A stretch of DNA of 51,617 nt, taken from assembly GCF_000315625.1 (NCBI RefSeq), contig NW_005434484.1, positions 35,871-87,487 of the forward strand. Reading direction: 5' to 3'. The DNA is from Guillardia theta CCMP2712. Taxonomy: Eukaryota; Protista; Cryptophyta. The notes below the pieces were generated by a model, which was given only the letters and a program-made list of their open reading frames with translations, was not told the origin of the DNA and made no database searches. Both the position numbers and the translations under genes were made by a program. Position 1 is the first letter of the stretch, and the number at the start of each line of letters is the position of its first letter. This document shows positions 11,601 through 25,139 of this stretch, one piece after another.

Positions 11601-14600
11601 CACGGTGAAGAGCAACCTGGTGGGCGAGCAGCTGGGAGACTGCAAGGATGAGATCCACGTGACGAGCGTCTTGGTGAGGCTCTCTCAGCACATTCCCAGC
11701 TCGCAAATCTACTTCTCCGTGGACGACGAGGCCTCCCAGCTCTACGCGGCCCCGTTCTTGCTCCGTCGCTCGTCATCCGTCAAGGCCTGGGCCTCTCCTG
11801 GCACAGACCGCGAGGTCACTGGCAGCTCCTCGACCTTCGGCTTCTCCCTCAACAACTTCACCATCAAAAGTGCAGACCCGACGTTTTCTCCTCCTCCTGG
11901 AACCTTCACGACTCAAGTCGCAGTCCTTATGGCTGGCGATGACGTCAACGAAACTTCCATCTACTACTCCCTCGACGGCAGCGAGCCATCGCTCCTCTAC
12001 AGCCCTCCCGTCCTCCTCGGCAACCTCACCGCCAACTCCAGCGGGGTGACGACAATCCGAGCGTACGCGACGCGCGCAAGGACGCTGAGGAGCGAGGAGG
12101 TGAGGAGGGAGTACTTGACAGTGGTAGCGGCGGTCTCGTTCGAGCCCAACAGCACAGACGTGCTGGAGCTGGAGGATGCTCGCGGCCTTTCCGTGAGCTT
12201 GTCATGCGACACACCCGATGCTCACATTCGGTACCGGCTAGTCAATCGGTCGTCCGACGTGTTTGACTACGCCTCTCCTTTCATCGTCAACCACTCTCAT
12301 GCCGTCGTGGAGGCCTGGGCGACCAAAGGGAACCTCGCAGAGTCACCTCGATCTTCTCATCTCTTCCTCATCCGCTTGCCCCCTCCCCTCTTCGACCCTC
12401 CGCCAGCCTCCTACTACCTCTGGGGGCCCATTAACATCTCCATATCCTGCAAGTACGGCTTCTCCGTGGTGTATCAGCTGGACGACCAGCAGGAGGTGAC
12501 TGGAGGCTCATTGGTCGTGATGCTGCTCAGGCAGAACGCGAGCTTGACCGCTACATGCTCGTCGATCGAGGGCTCGTACATGCCCAGCAAGACAGCGAGC
12601 GCGATGTACATGATCAGAGACTTGCGAGTGGAGTCAGCGGAGGTATGGGAAGAGACTTCGCTCCGCTCCTCCCCTAACCACCTCTCGTTGCTCATCGTCA
12701 CTTCTATTCCCATCCCTACCTCAAGCAACATCTCCATCTCCGGCATGGACCGCAACCTCATCCGCTGGGACCTCCCTCATCCCGTCTGCTCGGACTCATC
12801 CTTCTCCCTCACGGGCGGCGAGCTAGCGGTGAGTGGGGAGGACGCCAGGAGGAAGAGATCAGTCGCCTTTGCATCCTTCACTTCCTTCCAGTGCGTCAGT
12901 GGTTACCAGACCGCCCGATCAGCTCCCAGGGTCTGCGACACCGGAGACTGTCCGCCCTTCTTCAATGCTCGTTTTCTTGGCGTCTCCCACAGCAGCTGGA
13001 CCCAGACGGTCTCGATCGACCAGGAGGTGAGGATGAAGATTCACTACAAGTTCACGCGCCCTTGCTCGTTGTCGGAGAGGCTCAACCCTTCGCTGTCAGG
13101 CTGCAGGTCGTTCACTTGGAGGGTCGAGTATCGCTCCCTCAACTCGAGTGGACCCGGGAGGTGGATGGAGAAGAACTCAGCAAACGAGACTTTCTTGTCC
13201 ACTCAAAATCTGACCATCGTTGACAACCAGGGGAACGTAAATCTCTCGGCCTTCTCTTCTCTCTTGCAGATCGTCGACCAGCAGGCCACGTGGGGCCCAG
13301 GTTTCTCCAAATCTTCTCACATCGAATGTTCCTCTGTTGCCTTCGGTAGCTTCGCTCTCGCCCATGGCGTCGTCCAGTCGGTACTAGAGATGAACCTTGA
13401 CGATCGTACAGTCTTCTTCTCAATCTCCGCAAGGAACCCCTCCAGCTCGACCAACGGAACCTCCCGACATGTCACTGTCAGCGGCTGGTTCTCCAACGCC
13501 GCCAACGAGAGTTACAAGGAGTCAGACCCGCACGCGCTTGCCGGCGAAGTCATGACAGGGAAGGGAGGGTCAGGCTTCCTGGCCAGCAACATGTCCAGCA
13601 GGGCAGCTGAAGGAGAGGAGGTTGTGACCCTCAGCCTGCTGGCAAACTTCGATGCCTTGGACGTCTGCAAGAACGGATGCCAGCTCAACATCAGCTCGAC
13701 CCAGGGCGACTTCACCTTCACTAAAGATCTCCTCCACTACGGAGGGTATGACCTCGTCTCCTACACCGAGGAGTCGTTCTCATGCAGGGGAGCTCGCTCC
13801 TGCTCAACGATGCTCCAGGATTACGTTCCTCCCTCCGCCTCCCTCTCGCACGCTGTCATTGACGTCTACGTGGCCTGCACAGACCTCGACGGTCCTGGCG
13901 AGTTCATCGAGACAGTGCGGGTAGGGCAGGAGGAAGTTCGGCAGTTTGACGCAGGGCCATGGCAGGGATGCGCCTCCTCATGCCAGCAGGAACGGCAGGT
14001 GGTTGCCGGACTTGACGTCTCGAAGTTCAACGGCAGTCAATTCACGGTTGATGTTTCGGTGTCGGAAGGCGTCGACTGGTTCACGTGCGAAGACCTTGAC
14101 GTGAATCTGCTGAGAGTGCGAGTGAGGATACAAGTTGGATACACGCTCACAAGTCAGCTGCGAGACAGCAGGATGATCAGTTTTGACCTTCGTCCGATCA
14201 ACTTTGACAGCCAGTGCCTCCTGTTCTCCTCTTACTTTGACGTCTTCGCTGTCAGCCGTGCGGCCCTCAACTCGACGTGCGTCCAGGTCTCGTTTGTATC
14301 GAGTGACGTTTCGTTCCTCTCCTCCTCCAGGAATCTTGAGTTCTCGCTGTCTACTGGGGAGCAAGTCAAGGCAAGGATCAGCTACTGCAGTACAGCAGGA
14401 GCTGAACCGCAAGTGCTCTACCTTCTCAACGATTCCTACGTCTCTCGCAAGCTGCTCCAAGCTGACCAGCTCCCCTTCTGCTCGACCTTTGCTCGCTTCT
14501 CCTTCGTCTGGGAGCCGAGCTCGGCTGAGCTGCAGGCAAACAGCCCAGCAGAGCTGCTCCGCCGGCTTCAGTTCCAGCTGCGTCGAGTCATTGCCACCGC

Positions 14601-17600
14601 TCTCCTCACCCCCATCGACAAGCTTGACATGCAGTTTGAAGGCTGCGCCAACTTCACGTGCGTTGCAGATGTAACGTTCAACTCAACGGCTGACCAGAAC
14701 TGCCGAGAAGCTGCCAAGGCTCTCGAGGACGCCAAGGTCGAAGAGGCTTTGAGGGTCTCGGGGTGGAACGTCAGCGTCTCGTTTGCCGTCGAGCCGCAGG
14801 TGCATCTGGTAGGAGGAGACCTGCTGCCACTTGGGCTGGTTGAGATGATCCCGATGGGAAGCGTCGTCGTCGGAAGAAGCGATCAGTTCAACTTCGCGGG
14901 CTACCCGGCTGTGACTGGGGTGACATTCTACCGGACAGCCTACAAGGACGTCCGTCTGCTGGGCAACAAGCTGGTCTTCTCGTCTGATGGGACGTTTGAG
15001 TTCACAGACTTGCGCATTCAACTTTCATGCCACCTCTACAACCTCGTCCTCACCGCCAACGTGTTCAACGACCTGCTGCTGTCGCAAGCTACTCCCTCCT
15101 TCGCCGTCTCTCCTGCCTCGCCCGTCGCTCTCAAGATCAGCGACACTCCCTCGCTCCTCCCCAACTCGCTGCGATGGCCGTGCCTGAGCCAGCAGGACTG
15201 CGCCGGGAGCTCGTTGCTGGCGGGCTCAGAGTGGCTGGTGTCAGTGACGGTAGTGGACGAATATAACAACACCTGCAACGACGTCAAAGGCAACCTTACT
15301 GTTGCACTCGCTACCGGCGGGTCCGTCATGCAGACCGACGACTTCCTCCTCCTTCAAGGCTCCGCCCTCCTCCCCTTGCGCGTCACCACTGCAGCGAGCG
15401 GCTACCAACAAAACTTCAGCTTTCCCCAGCTCTCCCTCTCCTTCTTGTCTTCGACCTTCTCCGTACTCCCGGCTGCTCTGAGCGTTCTGAATCTAACCTT
15501 CACGGTGCCTCAGTATGACCTGCAGGCGGGCGTCTGTCTCTTCCCTTCCCCCTCCCTGAACCTCCTCGACGCCTACGGCAACTTCGTGACCGAGCGGCTG
15601 CTCGTTTATGTCATGCTGCTCAACCATCCCGCCGACCTGGGATGCCTGCACAGCAACTGGACTGGCATACAGAGTAGCTCAACTTCAGCTGGGCATGTGG
15701 AGTTTGACGGGCTGTATGTCACCCGAGCTGGGCTTCAGCACCGGCTGGTCTTCTTCTGCGAGGGTCTTGTCAACGTCTCGCGGGCCTTCGACGTCCTGCC
15801 TGCCGCCATCTTGTCATCGAGCGACGGGCAGCTGGAGGTGATCTTCAACCCTTCACAGGCAGTTGTTAACGAGAAGTTCCTGGTGCAACCCGCCGTCCGC
15901 GTCCTTGACAGCTACGGGAACTTTGACAGCTCGTACCAGGGGCTGATGTGGGCCAAGAGCGCAAGCAGTGGCAGCTCGTCGATCCTGAGAGGCACGTCAA
16001 TGGTGGCGATCAAAGACGGTACCGCAACGTTCACCGACCTCCTCCTGACGGCAGCTGGGGAGCAGCAGCTGCGGTTCGAGGCTGACCTCGGCTTCTCCGT
16101 CCTCAGCTCGAAGTTCTTTGTGGGTGACTCGATCGCCTCGCTCCAGGTCTTGCAGCAGCCCAGCAGCAACGCGGTGGGCCAGGTTTTCTCAGCATCTCCC
16201 GTCTTGAGCTTGAGTGACGGGCTCGGAGCTCCTGTGCATTTCTCACGGGAGAAGGTGAAGGCAAGCGTTGTGGTGGACTACTTCGAGGCGCAGAAGACCT
16301 TCAGCTGCGACTTTGCGGGATGTTTCGCCTCCGCCTCCTTCGTGAACTTCTACCCTGAGGAGACTCTGCTGGAGAGTGCCTTCCTGGATGTAGAAGTGAC
16401 AGCGTCTGACTACGACGACGTCAACGAGTACGTCGAGGACATTCTGATCAACGGCGTCCCCGTCGACCGAGGGGACAAGAACTATGTGTGCAAGCCGGGG
16501 CTGGCGAATCTTTGTCAGCAGTTCGTCTCGTGTAGGTCGCAGATCGATGTGACCTCGCAGTCGCAGAACAATCTCTTAACTCTGAACGTCAAAGTCTCGG
16601 ACGCTGTCAACGAATTCTGCCATCCAATCTTGACCGTACGAGCGATTTTGACAGGAAACTTCAGGTACAAGCAGTGGCAGCTGGACAGAAGCGTTCTGGG
16701 AGGGCAGAAGGAAGTCATCCCAGACGGGAGGACCGTCCGCTTCTCGGCCCTGCAGATGAACCGGGTGGGCAAGAACTTTCAGCTTGTCTTCTTCACGGAG
16801 AGTCAGGCAGCTCATGTCGAGTCCCTTCCCTTCAGCATCTTCACGAAACCGGCTCAGGTGAGGGTCAGCTGGGCTTGACTTGTGACCTGAAGTGACTTTG
16901 TGCGGCAGATCGTGGTGAGGAAGGAGCCCCAGTTCGTGATCTCCGAGGAGGAGCTGAGCAGTCCGATCGAGGTGGTAGCCCTCGACGAGCAGCAGCAGCT
17001 TGTCAACTCCTTCAGAGGCGAAGTCAACCTCTCCGTCGCCTTCGCTTGGAAGACTCTCGACTGCTCTCAAGCCTTCGACCCCTTTGCCTGGCTCGTGCTG
17101 TCCTCCTCCAACCAGCCAGCTCTCCGCGGGCTCGCCTCAACACGCGCAGCTGGGGGTGTGGCCAAGTTTCCTGGACTGGCTCTGAGCTCCCTGGACAGCA
17201 ACGTCTCTCGGGTCATCCTGCGCGCGAGCTACTGCCTCGACAACTCTTGCTCCTACGCTGACTCCCTCCCCATCCGCGTCCTCCCGCCCGTCGACAGGAT
17301 GGAGGCGGTGGTGTCTGTCGGGGAGGTCTTCCTTGGAGAGCAAGTGACTGCCCGCGTCTCGCTCTACCACACGGTCTGCGGGCAGGAGCGACTGGCTCCC
17401 TCCCATGCCCTCGTCTGCGTCAACTCGTCGACTCCCTTCATCGCCGCCAGCCCCTGCGTGACGTCGAGCGATGGCCTCGCCACCTTCAACGTCAGCTTCA
17501 ACAAGTCCATCGGCCGGGCGCACCTCACCTTCTCGCTCTGCAGCGACTCGTCATGCACAACCAGCCCCCTGCAGACGTCAGCTGATGTTTACCTCGTTCA

Positions 17601-20600
17601 GTTCCCCTCGAGGATCAGAGTTCAAGGGCCCGATCAGGACGTTGTCGTCGGATCCCCCCTGCACTTCGACGTCTTCCTCGAGGATGCCAGCGGAGCCCCA
17701 GCAGAGGAGTCAAACGTCACAGTCACAGCCCAGGTGCTGGGCTTTGACTCCTCGCTTTTCCTCTTCCAGGGGAACCAGACTCTGATCCCCTGGATGGAGG
17801 GAGTGGGAGGCCTCTGTAACCTCAACATCCTTTCAGCGAGGACGAGGAAGGGACACGCGAGCTTCGACTTTAGGGTCGACAAGCTGCAGGCTGGGATTCG
17901 AATCCGTTTCACCGCCTCGCTCAAGAGGTCGCGGATCTGCCCAGCAGGAGGCCTGCAGACGACCACCTGCGACCATCCCTGCGACGCAACCTACTGCAAG
18001 AGAGACGGCATGTCAACGGCGGAAGCATGCGACTCCTCTCCCTTCTGCTTCTTCTCTCCCTCCGATGGCTGCCAGACCCTCTGCCCCTGCCTTTCCTCCG
18101 TCCGCTCTGACCCCTGCAGCCCCTGCTTCGTCGTCGCCGACTACAACGTCAGCACCATCACGGGGGCTCCTCGTGCCCGGCTGCAGCTCGTCGTCCTCCA
18201 TCAGCCGGGGGATACGGATGTCGGGGCGGTGATGACAAGGCCTCCCTCGGTCAAGGTCCTCTCCTGCATCCTGACTATCTGCAATGCCATCCAGAAGCAG
18301 GTCACCGTCAAGGTGGTCCCAGCCGAGCAGGAGAGCCTCACTCCGCCTTGTCTCTCCCAGCAGGGGGGCACCTGCAAGAACGACATCGTGCTCGAGAGTA
18401 ACGCTGACGGGGTAGTGAACCTGCTCGACGTGGCGATCAACAGCACAGTGCGAAGGCTGAAGTTCCTCTTCCTTGTCGGCTCGGTCAACGTCTCGACCAG
18501 ATCGTTCGACGTCTTTCCCAGCATCGAGTCTCAGATCCCGACCATCGACCGCCCCACTGGCGTCTCCTGCTACGAACCGGGAGGGGCGCTACAGACTCTC
18601 TTCATCCGAGCAGACAGCACCTTCAACTTCTCCTTCCAGGCTAGTCTCGCCGACCTCAACTTCGTCCCCATCCCGAGCTACTCGCTGAGGATCGAGGTAG
18701 AGCACTCCGAGCTCCCGCCCGCGTCCTACCTGACGGAGGATCGCCGCTTCTTCAACTGCCAGCACAGGAGAAGGGAGTGGGACCAACGGCTTCAGAGGTA
18801 CACCCCAAAGCCAACCTTCGACCCTCTCCGCGTCTTCCGACAGTTCGTGTGGTCGCCGGTCGCCTGGGCGCCCAACTTCCGCTTCTACTTTACTGCAGTC
18901 CGAGACAGCAACGTGACTTTGACTAGCTGCAGACGAGCTCTAGAGTTCGCCGTGTGCGACAGGCCTCGTTTCGTCTCTCCTTCCCCGATGGATGGCTGGG
19001 AGCTGCCTCTGGTCCTTGCTACCTCCCCCGTCATCTTCACTGTGGCTGCTGCGGGCAACGACGGATCGAACCAGGTTGACATTACCTTCATCCCCTCCAG
19101 CAGCGAGCAGAAGCTCCTCGTTACCCCCGTGCGCTACGAAGTGCAGCAGCTGATCACGGGGCTGGAGCAAACGCGGAGGAACGTTGCGCAGCGAGACGTT
19201 TCGTGGGTCATCGACAGCGACGGGCAGACGCACGAGGTCTGCTTCCGAGCCTGCAACAACCAGAGCATGTGCATCGAAGACCTTACAGAGAGCGGGCTCT
19301 GCTCTGAGGAACAGCTCTGCATCACCTGCACGGCCAACGTCGACGATTTCTACACCTCCTGCTCCTCCTCTCGCCGGACAGACGCAGGAGTAAGTCTCTT
19401 CCCCACCTACGTCTGCGGGGACGGAGTGCTATCAGTGGGAGAGGAGTGCGATGACGGGAACACGATCAGTGGAGACGGATGTGACTCCCTGTGCCTGATA
19501 GAGTGCGGGTTCCATCTCGACGACCACCAGCAGGTGGTTCCGACGTGGAACGACGGGCTGGTTGTGCTGGGAGAGAACTGCGACCTTGGGAACTTGTCAA
19601 ACGCGTCAGGATGCTGCGAGGGGCTGGCGATGAGAGGCTTCCTGTGCTCTGAGTACGACGGTGACGTGTACAATCCCAGCTGTCGTCCAGCTTGCGGTGA
19701 CGGTCTCGTGGTACCGCACGAGGAGTGCGAGACATCCTTCGAGGGCTGCTCGTCGTCCTGCTCGCTCCTCCCGGGCTGGGAGCTGAAGGCTCAATGTCTC
19801 GTCCTCTTCCCGCAGACTCCCGAAGTTCTCAAGTGCTCGTACCAGCAGTTCGAGGTTGACAACTACGTCAAGAGGCAAGTCTGCAGCCCCGACCCCGTCT
19901 GTGGAGACGGTCTGGTTGTTGGGGCGGAAGAGTGTGACGACAACAACACAGTCAGCGGGGACGGATGCAGCGCTTCCTGCACCATCGAGACTCACTACTT
20001 CTGCTCTGACATCGACCCGGCACACCCAGTTTCAGTGTGCAGGCCCGTCTGTGGCGACGGGCACGTGGTGGCCCCGGAGACTTGCGATGATGGGAACCTA
20101 GTAGGAGGAGACGGGTGCTCTGCCACGTGCCAGGTAGAAGCTGGGTTCGGCTGCTCGCAACTAGAGGAAGGCAGGAGTGTGTGCAAGGAGATCTGCGGCG
20201 ATGGATACATCCTCACTCGAGTGTTCGATGACTCCGGCAAGCTGATCTCTTGCGACGACGGGAACGCGCAAAGTTATGATGGCTGCAGCTCAGAATGTAC
20301 AGTAGAGCAAGAGCTGGGGTTCTCCTGTCGTTCAGACCCTTCGCATCACAACCAGTCGCAGTGCAGCCCCATGTGCGGTGACGGCATCCGGACCCTCAAC
20401 GAGATCTGTGACGATGGGAACCTGGTCAACGGCGACGGTTGCAACCAGCGATGCGAGGTTGAGCGAGGCTTCTACTGCTCCATCGGAGCTGCGGGTGTCA
20501 AGGCGACTCAAGTCATCGATGCCAAGACGTGCCTGAGGGACGTGATAGGGGGAGGAAGCTGCTGCATGCGACTTGATGACGAGACGCCTGACTGCCTGCC

Positions 20601-23600
20601 TGGGGCAGACATGAACGACGCCAGGAACGGCACAGTCGTGTGCTTGAACGCTTCTCACCTGTGCACGAGCAGCCTGTGCATGCCCAGCAACGGCAGCTCT
20701 GCCGCTTACTGCGAGGCCATGAGGAGCAAGAGGATGCAAGTCGCGGTCAACATGACAAGCTTCTCCTTGAACGTCACTTTGACTCGCGTCTCCTTCCCCT
20801 CTTACTCTGCTGACCTCTGCACCACTGCCTGCGGCGACGGATATCGAACTCCGGACGAAGGCTGCGACGACCACAACAGGAGGAACGGCGACGGGTGCTC
20901 GAGCACCTGTCTGGTGGAGGAGGGTTGGTTCTGCAGCCCCGCCGGCAACGGCCTTGACTCTTGTCGACCAGTCTGTGGCGACGGCGTCAAGATCTGGCCG
21001 TGGGAGGAGTGCGATGACGGCTCGTGGAGCATGGCAATCGGAGACGGGTGCACCGATCAGTGTAAACTGGAGGGAGGATACACGTGCAGCTACGACCAGC
21101 AGAACCGAAGCCTCGGCCCCTGCTCGCCGACGTGCGGGGATGGAGTCCTGGTGTACCTGGAAGAGTGCGATGATGGAAACAGGAGGAACGGGGACGGTTG
21201 CAGCTCGACGTGCTCGGTAGAGGACGGATGGCTCTGTGGAACGATGGAGAATTGCAGCGAGAGCAACACGAGCTACTGCACCAACATCTGCGGGGACATG
21301 CACATCGTGGGGTCAGAGACGTGCGATGACGGGAACGTGAGGAGTGGAGACGGTTGCAACCGAACATGTCAAACTGAGTTCGGTTACTACTGCAACCAGG
21401 TGGGTCTCTGCTCGACCGCCTGTGGAGATGCGATCGTGATGGGCAAGGAGACCTGCGACGACGGCAATCAGCTCAACGGTGATGGTTGCAGCTCCATCTG
21501 TACGGTAGAAGATGGTTTCCAGTGCGTTCCAGCCTCCTGCCCGGGTTCAGGTGGAAGGTGCATGCCGGAGACAGGAGCGCTTGGCTCGTACTGCGACGCT
21601 TGTCCTCCGGTGAGAAGCAGGCTGATGGAATGTTCGAACCCTCCCTGCCCTCCCCCTCTCATCACTGAGAACTGCTCGGAGTGGACGATGAGCGCAGGAG
21701 GAACATGGGAGCATCTCGAGAACTCCTACCTGGTCAAGCAGGACTGCAGGTCGGAGTGGTACAAAGACGGCTACTGCGATCCCCTGAACAACAAGCAAGC
21801 ATGCATGTGGGACGGGGGCGACTGCTGCCTGTCAACCTGCTCGTGCGGATACGGCTACGAGACCGTCTGCCACCTTGGGGACCAGGGCGGCTGTGGAACT
21901 TTTGCCGGACAGCTGGGAGACTTTCGGTGCCTGGACCCCTCAGCCAAGAGCTCGCCGGCCCCCACGATCGTCCTAGTGGGAGACAAGACGATCAACGGCA
22001 CAGAGGAGGTGTATCTGTCACAAGTTCAGGTCCTCCTCGGCCCGACCTCCGGCGATGCGCTCCTCTTCTACACTCTCGACGGTTCTGCCCCCATGTACGA
22101 GACCGCCAGCAGTCTGGTGGTCAACGGAAAGCAGTACCTCAGCAGCTTCTGGGTCAACGAGACCCTGACCTTGAGGGTAGCCTCCTATCAACGAGGGCAC
22201 AAGATAGCCGAGACGATCCTCTTCGTTCCTCTCCAAGTCGACAGCCCTCAAGTCCTGCCGTCACGATCGTCACTTGGCAGTTCCATAGACGCTCCTCTCC
22301 TCCTCACCATCTCTTCCCGGACAGCAGACGCCACGATCTTCTACAAGGTCACGTCCTTGCTGACTGCGGACACGTCGGCCTGGCAGGTGTATCAGTTCCC
22401 GTTCGCCGTCAGCTCGGCGTCAGTTGTCTCGGCCTACGCGACCAAGAGCAAGTTGATGGACAGCAACTTGACGTCCTTTGAGTTTCCCCTGCGCGCACGA
22501 GCCCCTGCGGTGGTACAGACGAGTCAAGTGACGGGAGTCTCCATTACCGTCAGCATTTCCACCGACACCTTCGGGGCTGACATCTGGTACACAATCTGCA
22601 CGGCCGCTGACTTCCCAGGCGTCAAGAACGTGTCGCTCGGCAACGTCATCCAGACCAAGCAAGATTCCTGCTATCCCCTCTGCAACGGCGTCTGCGAGGG
22701 CGGCCTTCGACCCGGATACGCTTGTGGAGGTTTGACGGACATAAGGACTTGCTTCGGAGGGGGGGTATGCCTCGAGCCCCAGGTTGAGGTCAGGGTCTGC
22801 TTCCCTAACGAGTGGCCGCTTGGAGCCTCGCAGTACGCAGGGACGCTGACCCTGACGAACCCTGGGATGCAGTATCACGTGACCTCCTACGCGCGACGCG
22901 ACGGCCTGCTGGACAGCGAGCTCGTCTCTCAGACCTTCGCCTTCGACGTCTCCAGCCCGAAACTGTTTGTAACCGCCCTGGACGGCATGGTGGACAACCT
23001 GGCCAACGCCTACTACACCAACTTTGCCATCTACTTCTCCGTTCCCACCTCCCTCAGCCGCATCTACTTCGCTATCGACGGGCGGCACCCGACCACTGGC
23101 TTGACGGCTCTGCCCGGTCAGAGCATAGTCTTCAACCAGACGGTCAACTTGACATGGATGGCCTGGGTAGCGGCCGATCGCTTCTCCAACGTCTCTCAGC
23201 AGATGATTTACGTCAAACTTCGTCGCCCTCGCCTCCTCGCCACCGTTGGCATCTCGCCCAAGGTGACGGAGGTGACGGCAGCCTACGCGTATCCTCCTCA
23301 GCCCATGTCGGACCGCAGCAACTACCTGCCGACCATCACGCTCACCATGGTCACCTCAGGAACTCCCAGGATCTACTACAGAGCTGAGAACTCTTCATCT
23401 GGCTGGCCCCAGTATGTGGTGACCAACCAGACCATGTCGCTCTTCTCGTCCTGGCTGCTTTACCGAGGTCCTCTGACAGTCGCTTGGAACGCCTCCTTCA
23501 CCATGATCGCCTCCTACAACAACACCATCGCAAGCGACATGGTCAACGTCTCCTTGTTCTATCGCGAACCTTGCGGCCCTGGAAGGGGAAGCCTCGACGG

Positions 23601-24965
23601 CTTCGCCCCTTGCTCGGGCTGTCCTGTGGACTACGCGGAGACCTGCGACTGCTCTTCTGCTCGCTGCAAGCCTCCGTGCCCCTGCGTCGCCTGCGGGCCC
23701 TCGACCGGGACTCTCGAGCCGGGCAAGACCAACGTGTCCAAGTGCTTCTCCTTCTGCCTGCCAGGCTCCTACAGCCCCGACAACGGGCTCGACCTCGTCG
23801 CCAACGGTACTGACTGCGCCAGGTGTTCAGCTGGGAAGTACCAGGACTCCGTGCGAGCAACGGCCTGCAAAGCTTGTCCGGCGGGTCTGACGAGTTTCGT
23901 GACCGGTTCCGTGACCATCAGCGACTGCGTCATCGTGGAAGGGCTGTCGGCAGGAGGGTTCCACACCTGCGGGATCCGGAGGTCCGACTTTACAGCTCTG
24001 TGCTGGGGGTATGACGCGTTCAGGTGACTACCTTTACCTCCATGACTCGTTTCCTCTGACATCCTCTTCCACCCCCCCCCCCCTCCTCCTCCTCCTTCTC
24101 CTCCTCCTCCTCCTTCTCCTCCTCCTTCAGCCAAACGCAGGTCCCTCAGGTCTCGGGAGGTTTCCGTCAGGTCTCAGCCGGCAGCTTCTTCACGTGCGGC
24201 ATCACTGAGGGCAAGGAGCTGCTCTGCTGGGGGCAGGACTATGACGGGCAAACGGTCGTACCAAAGATCCACCGGGAGGAGCATCCTACCTTCAACGCCA
24301 CGGCGATCAGGAACTGGACGTCTGTCTCCTGTTCCTCCGGCTACCATCACGCGTGCGGCGTAGCTGACGATCGGATCGTCTGCTGGGGCAACAACGAGTT
24401 CAACCAGACCGTCGCCCCGCTGCAGCACAACTGGAGCCAGGCGTCAGCTGGGCAGTACCACAGCTGCGGCCTGACCTTGGACGGAGTGGCTCTGTGCTGG
24501 GGAGATAACACTCACGGTCAGACTTCCGTCCCTCCCCTCCCCGGCCAGCGCTGGCGGCAGATCTCAGCAGGTCACTACCACACCTGCGGGGTCCTCGTCG
24601 ACGGCAGAGGCTTCTGCTGGGGTTCTGCTGTCTACGGCGCCACCTACCTCCCAGCTGACGTGACGTCATGGAGCAAGATCGTAGTCGGCAGGTTCCACTC
24701 GTGCGGGCTGACAGCACAGGGAGGCCTGAGGTGCTGGGGAACGAACCAAGACAAGGTCCTCGACCATCCGCAGGTAGCACAGAGGAAGCTAAGGCTGCTC
24801 CCCGTCACCCTGACCCTTCGCTCGCAGGACGCGCGCGTCTGGCGGGGAATTACTTCCGGTCTCTTCCACGTCTGTGCCGTCGACTCCAACTTCGTGGGCG
24901 TGTGCTGGGGGCGGAGCGCGTACGGCATGACAACTCCGCCAAGCGAACTTTGGCTCTCGTCATGA
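5610..24965 (+). CDS. Giant (~6,300 aa) secreted multidomain surface/extracellular protein
   Basis: ATG 5610 with signal peptide MSTATRVLLFLLLNVCHVGS. Frame-consistent GT-AG introns at 6692-6746, 16858-16908, 24024-24130 and 24774-24827 (possibly also 6573-6620) join the 381, 3429 and 2375 aa ORFs and the last RCC1 exons. Contains Ig-like repeats (QP..AG..F.VQP.V.V.D..GN..G.A.F.DL), RCC1 repeats, Fn3-associated domains (IYYSLDGSEPS, LFYTLDGSAP), CGDG..EECDDGN..GDGC repeats, LNR (DGYCDPLNNKQACMWDGGDCC) and GCC-type Cys repeats. Confidence 0.88.
10770..11565 (+). other. RCC1/BLIP-II-like beta-propeller 1 (7 repeats) within the giant protein
   Basis: Seven units ending in CWG: GGFHSC, GSYHSC, GAMHTC, GLFHTC, GNTHSC, GLMHTC, SYEHTC. 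Confidence 0.88.
19414..21530 (+). other. About 12 Myxococcus-type cysteine-rich repeats (DUF4215-like) within the giant protein
   Basis: Repeated CGDG(x)nE.CDDGN...GDGCS..C.VE.G(F/W).C units. Confidence 0.88.
23935..24960 (+). other. RCC1/BLIP-II-like beta-propeller 2 (7 repeats), C-terminal, split by two introns
   Basis: GGFHTC, GSFFTC, GYHHAC, GQYHSC, GHYHTC, GRFHSC and GLFHVC, each followed by CWG. Confidence 0.85.
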
Positions 24966-24983
24966 AAAGCGAGGCCAGAGGGG

Positions 24984-25091
<108 letters not shown>

Positions 25092-25139
25092 GAGGATGGT
25101 TGTTCTCTTGTTTTCTCTTGTTATGTTGTCAACAAGCGG

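Noticed and set aside
16858-16908. In-frame TGA stops between two same-frame giant ORFs, suggesting readthrough or selenocysteine
   Set aside because: The stops lie inside a canonical 51-nt gtgagg...gcag intron, so splicing explains them.
20332-23088. Long antisense and alternate-frame ORFs over the giant gene
   Set aside because: These are shadow ORFs expected from GC-rich codon bias and carry no independent motifs.
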